From SAR202 cluster bacterium (lineage in GTDB: Bacteria; Chloroflexota; Dehalococcoidia; Lucifugimonadales; UBA3495): a stretch of DNA of 64,000 bases. Location: assembly GCA_016872385.1 (NCBI GenBank), contig VGZV01000002.1, positions 12,106 to 76,105 of the forward strand. Direction: 5' to 3'. Under the pieces are notes generated by a model, which did not search any database, had not been told where the DNA came from, and saw only the letters and a program-made list of their open reading frames with translations. Below, piece after piece: positions 24,205 through 31,809 of the stretch. A program made the translations under genes and the position numbers. How positions within the stretch are numbered: the first letter of the stretch is position 1; the number at the start of each line of letters is the position of its first letter.

Positions 24205-27200
24205 TTGAGCACCGTTCCCACGCCTGACATCGAAAAGGAGCTGGCCAAGCTCCCGCCCGCGGTACTGGAATCTTATAAGGCCGCCCTTCCCCTGATGGAG
24301 TCCTCCTTCAACGCCGAAGAGCTGCTCCTGTGGGCCAAAGAAGGGGTCGCCATTGCCACCCAGACCGTCCGGTCCTGGGAGTCCGCTGTGGAGTACCACA
24401 AAGTGGGCCCGCAAGTGTCCAAAGCCCTGGCGTTCCCGTCCTTCATGCAGTGGGCCAGGTGCGGCACCTATCTGTCCCAGGACTCGCCCACCCTAGCAGT
24501 GGCCTTCTTCCACTCCAGCCCGTCCATTGTCGGCAACCTCAGGCCCCAATACATTCCCCGCTGGGCTGGCTTGGGCCGCAGCCTTTACAAGGGCACCTGG
24601 AAGTCCAGCACCCTGGCTGCCAAGTTCTTTGAAGTCAGCCCCGACCTGATTCGCAGCCTGCCTTTCTGGGACGTAGAAGTCTTTGTATCTCTTATTGAAG
24701 CCCTGTCTTACAAGTCCTATGACGTGGCGGTGGAGTGTCTGGCCCTGGGCAAAGACGTATTGCCCGCCATGGGCCGGGAACGGGAAGCTTTTTTGTCCAT
24801 GACCCGCTCCCTGGCGGAAGGGAGTTGGCGCGAGGTCAAGACCTGCCTGGAACTGGCGCCCCGCACCTTGCAACAGTTGGAGGATGCCCAGACCGGCCGT
24901 TTCCTCAAGCTGGGGGAGCGCCTGGCCAAGATGGGCCTGCGGGATACTGCCCGCTTCCTGGCCGACGGCACTCAGGCGCTGGCCCAAGTGACGCCCAGCG
25001 CCCAGGGGCACATCCTGGACCTTTCAGAGCTGCTCATCTCCGTAGCGCCGGAGGCGGTGCCCGCCTTTTTAAAGAGCCTGGAGAACGTGCTGGGACGCAT
25101 TACGCTGAACCAGTTGGATACCTGGTTCCAGCAGGGCGCGCAGCTGCTCAAAGAGAACCGGGAAAGCGGCATCGCCTTCTTCAAAGTGGAGTCCAATACA
25201 TCCGAGGCGCTGCTGGAGACCCTGTCGTCCAGCCTGGAACTGGAGCGGGTCAAAGGCGTCATCCGCCTGTACTGCCGCGCTCTTTCCGGCTCGCCCATCG
25301 AGGTGATGAACACCAAGGAACTGGTGCGCAAAAACATCGGCTGGGTGGACGAGGACACCGCTTCCACCGACGGCACCAAGGTGTTCCTGCCGCCGGTGGT
25401 GGACCATTACCTGAGCAAGGACGAGAACTTTGCCTGGTTCAAGGTGGTATCCACCCACCAGGTGGGGCACCTGGAGTTTGGCAGCTTCCAGTTCCAGTTT
25501 GAAAAGCCCGCCGCCCTGTTTGAAAACCGGCGCATCGCCCTGGAACAGCAGCGCGGCATAGCGGTGCCGGAGCAAGCCGTTGAGCCGATGGCCGCCGAAC
25601 ACGCCGAGGCTGCCAGCGAGGGACAGACCCAGAGCTTTACCGACATTGGCCGTTTCCTGCACCTGTTTGACAACCGGAAGCTGGCCTTTGACCTGTTTAC
25701 CGTGCTGGAGGACTGCCGTTTGGACTACCGGGTGAGGGTGGAGTACCCAGGCATCCGCACCGCCGCGGAAAAGGTGCAAATTGAGGCCCGCAAGGGCCGC
25801 CCCAACATTGAGGAACTGCCCCTGCAAGAGGCACTGGTGGAACTGCTGCTTCACATGAGCCTGGAGCAGTTTACCGATTTGCCGGTGCCCGTGGAGCACC
25901 GGGAAGTGGCGGAGATGCTGGCCCGCATCCTGCACACCCTGCGGAATGAATCAGCCAACGTGGAAGACACCTCCGAAGCCACCCTGCGGGCCTACGAGCT
26001 TATTTCCCGTCTGCAGAACGAGGAACAGCCCGAAGACCAGTGGGAGCCGGAGGATCTGGACGATCCCGGCGAGTTCTCCGAGGAAGATTACCAGAACCTG
26101 GTGGACAAATTGCAAGCCGGCCAGGAGGAAGCCGGGGACCAGGGCGAAGGGGAGCCTTACGATTCCCCTGAGCCGGTGGACTACCGCGGCGATTTCAAGC
26201 CCGAGATGGTGCAGCTGCTGAGCAAGCTGCAAAGCGACAAGAACCAGCAGGGTGACGGCCCGCAGCTTACTAAAGAGCAGTTGGAGCAGCTGTTGCAGGA
26301 AAGCGCGGAGCTGGAGCTGGACGCCGAGCAGGGCGACGCCAACCAGAACATGTCCCAGTTTGCCCAGAACCTGATGAAGGAAGCGGGCGTGCCGCCGCCC
26401 AACGCCCAGCCGGGCCAGGGTTACGGCCCGCAGCTCCACGACGACGACCAGGGCGGCGAACTGGAAGCCAAGGAGCCGCGCACCTACGTGTACGACGAGT
26501 GGGACTTCAGGGCTGGCGACTACAAGCCCCGCTGGTGCATCGTTAAGGAAAAGACCCTGGAAGAGGGCGAGCACAGCTTTTACAACGAGTCCCTGCGCAA
26601 CTACTCGTCCCTGCTGGCCCACATCAAGCGCCAGTTTGAGTTGATCATGCCGGAGAGCTTCCGCAAGATTTACCGGCTCATTGACGGCGAGGACGTGGAC
26701 CTGAACGCAGCCCTGGAAGCAGTGGCCGACCTGCGCATGGGCGTTTCCCCCGACGAGAAAATATACTGGCGCAGGAACAAAATCCAGCGGGACGTGGCCG
26801 TGGTGTTCCTGCTGGACATGAGCGCCTCTACCGCCGAAGCCATTGACGAAGGCCGCCACACCACCGACGACCGGGACGCCCCCGACGATCCAGTGGAATA
26901 CATGGTGTGGCTGCGCCGCCGCCGGGAAGGGCTGGTGCGCCGCCACTACAAGCGCATCATTGACCTGGAAAAGGAGAGCATCGCCCTGCTAATCCAGGCC
27001 CTGGAGTCCATCGGCGACACCTACGGCATCTACGGCTTCTCCGGCTACGGGCGGGAGAACGTGGAGTTTTATGTCATTAAGGACATCGCCGAAAGCTTTG
27101 GCGAGAAAATCAAGCGTCGCATTGACAAGATAACGCCGCTGCACGCCACCCGCATGGGCGCGGCCATCCGGCACGCCATTACCAAGCTGGAGAACCAGGA

Positions 27201-27477
27201 CGCCACCACCAAAATATTCTTCCTCATCAGCGACGGGCGGCCCCAGGACCGGGGCTACAGCCGGGAAGGGGTGGAGAAGGAGTACGCGGTGCATGACACC
27301 CACATGGCGCTGCTGGAGGCCAAGCGCAAGGACATCATTCCCTTCTGCCTGACGGTGGACAAGGCTGGCCACGACTACCTGAAGGCTATGTGCGGCGACA
27401 TGGGCTACGAAGTGCTGGGGGACATTTGGGCATTGCCGGAGCGGCTGCCCATGCTGTACCGGAAGCTGACGTTCTGA
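24205..27477 (+). CDS. NorD/CbbO-like von Willebrand factor A protein (1090 aa)
   Basis: TTG start 1 nt after the Nudix stop, with a GGAGGG SD. Has NorD/CbbO-type core (LYCRALSG, AWFKVVSTHQVGHLEFGS, YDEWDFRAGDYKPRWC), a long acidic/Gln-rich linker, and a C-terminal VWA domain with MIDAS DMSAS. Confidence 0.75.
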   Translation: MSTVPTPDIEKELAKLPPAVLESYKAALPLMESSFNAEELLLWAKEGVAIATQTVRSWESAVEYHKVGPQVSKALAFPSFMQWARCGTYLSQDSPTLAVAFFHSSPSIVGNLRPQYIPRWAGLGRSLYKGTWKSSTLAAKFFEVSPDLIRSLPFWDVEVFVSLIEALSYKSYDVAVECLALGKDVLPAMGREREAFLSMTRSLAEGSWREVKTCLELAPRTLQQLEDAQTGRFLKLGERLAKMGLRDTARFLADGTQALAQVTPSAQGHILDLSELLISVAPEAVPAFLKSLENVLGRITLNQLDTWFQQGAQLLKENRESGIAFFKVESNTSEALLETLSSSLELERVKGVIRLYCRALSGSPIEVMNTKELVRKNIGWVDEDTASTDGTKVFLPPVVDHYLSKDENFAWFKVVSTHQVGHLEFGSFQFQFEKPAALFENRRIALEQQRGIAVPEQAVEPMAAEHAEAASEGQTQSFTDIGRFLHLFDNRKLAFDLFTVLEDCRLDYRVRVEYPGIRTAAEKVQIEARKGRPNIEELPLQEALVELLLHMSLEQFTDLPVPVEHREVAEMLARILHTLRNESANVEDTSEATLRAYELISRLQNEEQPEDQWEPEDLDDPGEFSEEDYQNLVDKLQAGQEEAGDQGEGEPYDSPEPVDYRGDFKPEMVQLLSKLQSDKNQQGDGPQLTKEQLEQLLQESAELELDAEQGDANQNMSQFAQNLMKEAGVPPPNAQPGQGYGPQLHDDDQGGELEAKEPRTYVYDEWDFRAGDYKPRWCIVKEKTLEEGEHSFYNESLRNYSSLLAHIKRQFELIMPESFRKIYRLIDGEDVDLNAALEAVADLRMGVSPDEKIYWRRNKIQRDVAVVFLLDMSASTAEAIDEGRHTTDDRDAPDDPVEYMVWLRRRREGLVRRHYKRIIDLEKESIALLIQALESIGDTYGIYGFSGYGRENVEFYVIKDIAESFGEKIKRRIDKITPLHATRMGAAIRHAITKLENQDATTKIFFLISDGRPQDRGYSREGVEKEYAVHDTHMALLEAKRKDIIPFCLTVDKAGHDYLKAMCGDMGYEVLGDIWALPERLPMLYRKLTF

Positions 27478-27536
27478 GGGGGAAGGCGCGCTTTAAGGAA
27501 GTCCTTTAGGGGCCAATATGTTGGGATATTCATTCA

Positions 27537-28550
27537 TTGGTGCCGAGGAACAGGGGCAACTTACGAATGGTCACCTTGCAGCTCAGCAAGTTTGCCGTTG
27601 ACGAGTTACCGTTCTGTGTATGGGATCCAGACTTACACGAGCGGAACCTCGATTTCATCAACAGCATTGACCCGGCTTACTTCGCTTATCTCGCAGACGT
27701 TCATCTTCAGGGCCTCGAAAAGGAGGAGACCAAGCAGCACGCGGCCCTTTCACTACAGACCGCGTACTCCCATGGTCTAAAGACATTTGTGGCACTGGTG
27801 TTTGCAACCATCCAAGCCCCTGATTGCTTGGTAGGGTGGCTGAATAAATACGATATCGGTGACTTACGGAGTCTGGTACAAAAGGTCGCGAATCAGCAAT
27901 CTATTTTGTCAAAGTTGAGGGTGAAGCCAATCACCTGGGAAGCTATAGCTAATATCGTGCTCACCGGATTGTCTCTGGAGGATAAGGATAAAGAGCGTGC
28001 TATTAAGCGGAATTTCGCCGTGGCGTGGTCACATTTCGCACATGACTTTGTAGACCAAAGGTGCACAGAAGAGTACAACAGTATCAAGCATGGCCTGCGA
28101 GTTAGGTCAGGAGGTTTTTATCTAGCTATTGGGCGAGAGAATACTCCAGGGGTATCCTCTCCACAGGAACGAATGCAGCCCTTAGCCAATAGTGACTTTG
28201 GCTCTTCCTTCCCGGTTCTGGAAAGGCTTGCTGGCACTAAGTTGGATTTCTGTATAGGAAGTCAATCACGAAATTGGCACCCGGAGGACTTCTTTTACGG
28301 ATTGCATTTGTTGTCGTTGTCGCTGCAGAATGTTCTCTCGTTTCTCAAGGTGGTTATTGGCGGAGACCCGGCGACAGTGGAGTTTTCCTGGCCAAGTGAT
28401 GAGACCGATTTCCAGAGACCTTGGAAGAGAGTTGCTTTGGCATCCGCTTTCGCGATGAAATCAAGCTTTACCCTCGAGCGCCAATTCCAGTCCACCAAGG
28501 AAGATATCCTCTCAGCTTACAATCCTGAGGCAGAATCTCGTTCCACATGA
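27537..28550 (+). CDS. orphan hypothetical protein in a low-GC islet (337 aa; ATG 27567 is an alternative start)
   Basis: Long uninterrupted ORF in DNA much AT-richer than its surroundings. No family recognised. Notable strings are AIKRNFAVAWSHFAHDF and EEYNSIKHGLRV. Confidence 0.6.
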   Translation: MVPRNRGNLRMVTLQLSKFAVDELPFCVWDPDLHERNLDFINSIDPAYFAYLADVHLQGLEKEETKQHAALSLQTAYSHGLKTFVALVFATIQAPDCLVGWLNKYDIGDLRSLVQKVANQQSILSKLRVKPITWEAIANIVLTGLSLEDKDKERAIKRNFAVAWSHFAHDFVDQRCTEEYNSIKHGLRVRSGGFYLAIGRENTPGVSSPQERMQPLANSDFGSSFPVLERLAGTKLDFCIGSQSRNWHPEDFFYGLHLLSLSLQNVLSFLKVVIGGDPATVEFSWPSDETDFQRPWKRVALASAFAMKSSFTLERQFQSTKEDILSAYNPEAESRST

Positions 28551-28594
28551 CCTCTGGGCGGCGGCTGCGGCTTCAATGGACTGAGAGGCCCATC

Positions 28595-28782
28595 ATGCTC
28601 TACAAAGCCCCTTGGTTCTTGAGCCACAGCCCAAAGGGGGCTATACAGTCACCTCACCTCTGCTGCCTGAACTGGTCACTGAAGGTGACACCCTGGAGGA
28701 AGCGCTCGGCAATGTGAAGGATGCGCTGGCCGCAGTCATCGAAATTTACCAGGATTTAAACAAGCCCTTTGCCCTGCAGTAA
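28595..28782 (+). pseudogene. HicB-like (UPF0150) antitoxin, apparently frameshifted near its 5' end
   Basis: ATG 28595 gives MLYKAP. After a CCCC run the HicB-like sequence continues in another frame: LVLEPQPKGGYTVTSPLLPELVTEGDTLEEALGNVKDALAAVIEIY.... An intact 56-aa product from TTG 28612 is the alternative. Confidence 0.45.
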
Positions 28783-28794
28783 CCGTGACTCCCT

Positions 28795-29385
28795 ATGGAC
28801 ACCTTCCGCTACATACTAGCCCTGCTGTTTGTCACCCTTATCCCGCCCATGGTGTTTTACTGGCCCGTCATTCATGGCTTCATCGGGTTCTGGCGGCGGC
28901 TGGGCGCTTGGCCTACCCTGCTCATCGTGTACGGCGGCGTGCTGGTTGCTGCCTTCGGCCTGTACCAACTGCGGCACTTCCTGCTGCAGGGCGACCTGGG
29001 CACCAACTGGGCATTGGTGGCATTAGGCGCAGTATGTGTCCTGGCCGGGGGCTGGATGCGGCTGTGGCTGCATCGCACCTTCAGCATGGGTCAGTTGCTG
29101 GGCCTGGAGGAACTGAGCAAAACTCCGGCCAAGGGCCATCTGGTCCGCACCGGCCTTTATGCCCGGATGCGGCACCCGCGGTACGTCCAGTTCATGCTGG
29201 CATCCCTGGGCTGGGTGTTGATTGCCAACTATCCGGCGGCATACCTGGCCTGGCTTACTTGGATTCCCGGCGCTTACGTGACGGTGCTCTTTGAGGAGCG
29301 GGAGCTGCGCCAGCGTTTTGGCCAGGAGTACGTGGACTACTGCCGGGAAGTGCCCCGGTTTGTCCCCCGGCGAAGAAAAGCCTGA
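28795..29385 (+). CDS. isoprenylcysteine carboxyl methyltransferase (ICMT/PEMT) family membrane protein
   Basis: Multi-TM N-terminal part plus C-terminal RTGLYARMRHPRYVQF...EERELRQRFGQEYVDYCREVPRF, typical of the ICMT family. Confidence 0.75.
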   Translation: MDTFRYILALLFVTLIPPMVFYWPVIHGFIGFWRRLGAWPTLLIVYGGVLVAAFGLYQLRHFLLQGDLGTNWALVALGAVCVLAGGWMRLWLHRTFSMGQLLGLEELSKTPAKGHLVRTGLYARMRHPRYVQFMLASLGWVLIANYPAAYLAWLTWIPGAYVTVLFEERELRQRFGQEYVDYCREVPRFVPRRRKA

Positions 29386-29395
29386 ACCACCTGGT

Positions 29396-29626
29396 TCAGA
29401 ACGCACTGAGTAATGCAGCTTCCGCAGCTTGGGGTAATTCAATCAACACAAAATAGCTGGCAGGATACAGGTAGTCTTCGCCGGATTCATCCATCACGCG
29501 GAGGTAATGCTCAGAGGCAGCCGACTCATCCGGCAGAACCCGGTACAACTTGAGCTTCTCAAGGTCTGGCTCAACGTCGGTGACGCATACTGCAAGCTTG
29601 GACTTCTTTTTACTCTGCCTTGGCAT
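29396..29626 (-). CDS. small conserved hypothetical protein (76 aa)
   Basis: MPRQSKKKSKLAVCVTD...LRVMDESGEDYLYPASYFVLIELPQAAEAAL. The ATG lies 2 nt after the stop of the upstream small gene. GC is lower than the flanks. Confidence 0.55.
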   Translation of the reverse strand: MPRQSKKKSKLAVCVTDVEPDLEKLKLYRVLPDESAASEHYLRVMDESGEDYLYPASYFVLIELPQAAEAALLSAF

Positions 29627-29628
29627 AT

Positions 29629-29862
29629 TCAATCTAGAAAGCGCTTAATCTTCAGCTTCTTCCTGCCGATTCCGTGCGCTTCATACCAGTGAAGCTCGAC
29701 CTATTTTATCTTACCACTGGCGAGGCGCACTCTGGCAATGCCCTTCAACTTTCTCCATCGCCCATGTCCGTATTGGGATCTCAAGCGGTCGATGTCCCTA
29801 ATAGAACTGCCAATAGCTATAGGCTCAACACTTTCAATGTTGCCTATAACCTCAAAGTGCAT
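29629..29862 (-). pseudogene. small ORF (77 codons) split by an in-frame TAG at 29701-29703
   Basis: MHFEVIGNIESVEPIAIGSSIRDIDRLRSQYGHGRWRKLKGIARVRLASGKIK-TAG-VELHWYEAHGIGRKKLKIKRFLD, then TGA. The frame is continuous across the TAG. Confidence 0.5.
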
Positions 29863-29883
29863 CAACAGCACCGTCCGGGAAGA

Positions 29884-31119
29884 TTACAGCGCACTCACCA
29901 TCCGCCGCAGCTCAATCAGCGCCGTGTTGGCCAGCCGCCGCTTGACGACCACACGGCGCGGCGGAATTCGTAGCTCCATCTCTTTGACCCGGTCCGGTCC
30001 TGCAACGGACAGGTAGCCCAAACCGGCGGGCCTGCCCTGTACCATCTCACCCCTGCTTCCTGATACGCCCACAATGCCAATGCCAAAGTCCGCGCCCAGA
30101 GAGCGGCGGATGGCCTGGGCCATGGCCGTAGCGGTCTCCTGGCTTACAGAGCCGTGCTTCTTGATAATCTCTGCGGGCACGCCATTGGCTATTTTTAGCT
30201 GATCGTCCAGGGCCACCACGCCGCCTTTGTAGTAGCTGGCGCTGTCCGGCACGTCGGTGATGCTGTTGACCAGGTAGCCGCCGCTGACCGACTCCATGGT
30301 GGCCAGGGTCAACCCGCGGGCTTTCAACGCCTGTCCCGCCGCCTGCTCCGGTGTCTCATCATCGTAACCCCAGACGTAAGGCCCCACGCGGCTGACGATG
30401 CCCTCCTCCATGGGTTGAATAAGCCCCTGGGCAGTGGCGGCATCCCCAGCCCGGGCAATGATGCGCAGGTGGATTCCATCCTGCTTGGCATAGATGCCCA
30501 AGTAAGGGTTCCCCCGGTTAAAAAATTCCGTGAGCATCTCATCAATGGCCCCTTCAGACAGGCCAATGGTCTTGATGTTACGAGTAAGGGTCACTTCGTC
30601 CTTAATTATCTCCCGCAGGCGGGGCGCCACTTCATTCTCGAACATGGGGTGCATCTCGCCAGGCGGGCCGGGCATGTTGATGATGATTTTGCCATTACGC
30701 TGGGTCCACCAGCCTGGGGCGGTGCCGTTGGGGTTGGGAATGAAGCGGGCCGAGGGTATCAGGTACGCCTGCTTGATGTTGGTGGCGGGCATGGTCATGC
30801 CCCGGCCCTGAAAGTACCGCTCCAGGTCCTTGACTACTTCTTCCTGAACCACGGGCGTCTCCCCTACAGCCTTGGCTACGCCCTCGCGGGTCAGGTCGTC
30901 CTGGGTGGGGCCAAGACCGCCCGTGGTGAAAATGATGTCCGAGCGCTTGAGGCCGCGGGCAAAGGCGCCAGCGAGATCGTCCAGATTGTCGCCGATGATG
31001 GACATGAACTGGAGTTGAATGCCCAGGGCGGGGAGCTTGGCGGCAATCCAGGAGCCGTTGGTGTCAGACAACTCGCCCATGAGCAGTTCGTGACCAATGG
31101 AGAAGATTTCGCCCTTCAT
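29884..31119 (-). CDS. cinA: CinA: MoCF-binding domain fused to nicotinamide-nucleotide amidase
   Basis: 411 aa. N-terminal MKGEIFSIGHELLMGELSDTNG... and C-terminal CinA/PncC domain. GGAG SD. Confidence 0.9.
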   Translation of the reverse strand: MKGEIFSIGHELLMGELSDTNGSWIAAKLPALGIQLQFMSIIGDNLDDLAGAFARGLKRSDIIFTTGGLGPTQDDLTREGVAKAVGETPVVQEEVVKDLERYFQGRGMTMPATNIKQAYLIPSARFIPNPNGTAPGWWTQRNGKIIINMPGPPGEMHPMFENEVAPRLREIIKDEVTLTRNIKTIGLSEGAIDEMLTEFFNRGNPYLGIYAKQDGIHLRIIARAGDAATAQGLIQPMEEGIVSRVGPYVWGYDDETPEQAAGQALKARGLTLATMESVSGGYLVNSITDVPDSASYYKGGVVALDDQLKIANGVPAEIIKKHGSVSQETATAMAQAIRRSLGADFGIGIVGVSGSRGEMVQGRPAGLGYLSVAGPDRVKEMELRIPPRRVVVKRRLANTALIELRRMVSAL

Positions 31120-31227
31120 GCCATATCTCCTTTACATTCAAAAGCCCCATCGCCCACCGTTGGGACCCAGACCGGCAACCAGTTTCCGCCAGGCAGCGCC
31201 GGCGTTGAAAGTGCATATGCCAGCCGG

Positions 31228-31788
31228 CTAACCACCGCCGGGCGCGCCAGTGGCGTCCCCCACAGGCGGATAGGGCGGGTCCGTAGCCAGTTTATTAATA
31301 ACCCGTGCCCAAATTTCCGGCACGGTGAACAAGGCTGGGTCGCCCACCAGCCGGGCGTACTGGTTCTGGCCATCGGGAGTCGGATTGCCCATATGAAACT
31401 CATAACTCAAGCCGCCACGCACCTGCACTACCACCTTGGTGGCCGGGGGATCCAGCCCGTAGGCCGCAGGTTTGTCAATGGTGGTAGCTAGCACCCGGCT
31501 TACCTGGGGGCCGCTGAGCAACAAGGGGGTGCCGCTCCACTTTTCCTGCACCACCTGAACTTCCGGCGTGCCTTCAATAAACCACTTTTCGCTGCCTGGC
31601 TTCTTGTTGTAGCTAACCGTTTTGCCTCCAAAGGCGACACTAATGCGGATTATGTCGTCGTCGCTGACCTTATACATCCACGGGCGGTCGGGCAGGTTAG
31701 GCTCTGATTTGGTAAAACGCACCACCAGGAAGGTGCCGCCGAAAATCAGCAGCACCACCAACAGCAGCGCAGTGAGCCGAACATTCAT
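31228..31788 (-). CDS. DUF4340-like membrane-anchored protein (GldG-cluster associated)
   Basis: N-terminal TM (LTALLLVVLLIFGGTFLVV). Sits last in the ABC/GldG gene string. Confidence 0.5.
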   Translation of the reverse strand: MNVRLTALLLVVLLIFGGTFLVVRFTKSEPNLPDRPWMYKVSDDDIIRISVAFGGKTVSYNKKPGSEKWFIEGTPEVQVVQEKWSGTPLLLSGPQVSRVLATTIDKPAAYGLDPPATKVVVQVRGGLSYEFHMGNPTPDGQNQYARLVGDPALFTVPEIWARVINKLATDPPYPPVGDATGAPGGG

Positions 31789-31809
31789 TAGCGAAACCTC
31801 ACCGCCGGA

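Noticed and set aside
25990-26470. Acidic, Gln/Glu/Asp-rich low-complexity segment inside the VWA gene, considered as a separate gene or a repeat element.
   Set aside because: It is continuous in frame with conserved NorD/CbbO blocks on both sides. Such acidic linkers are usual in this family.
27478-29880. Calling the whole 27.5-29.9 kb stretch a genomic island or mobile element.
   Set aside because: Only the 337-aa ORF and the small-gene cassette are GC-poor. The ICMT gene between them has host-like composition. No integrase, tRNA target or flanking direct repeats were found.
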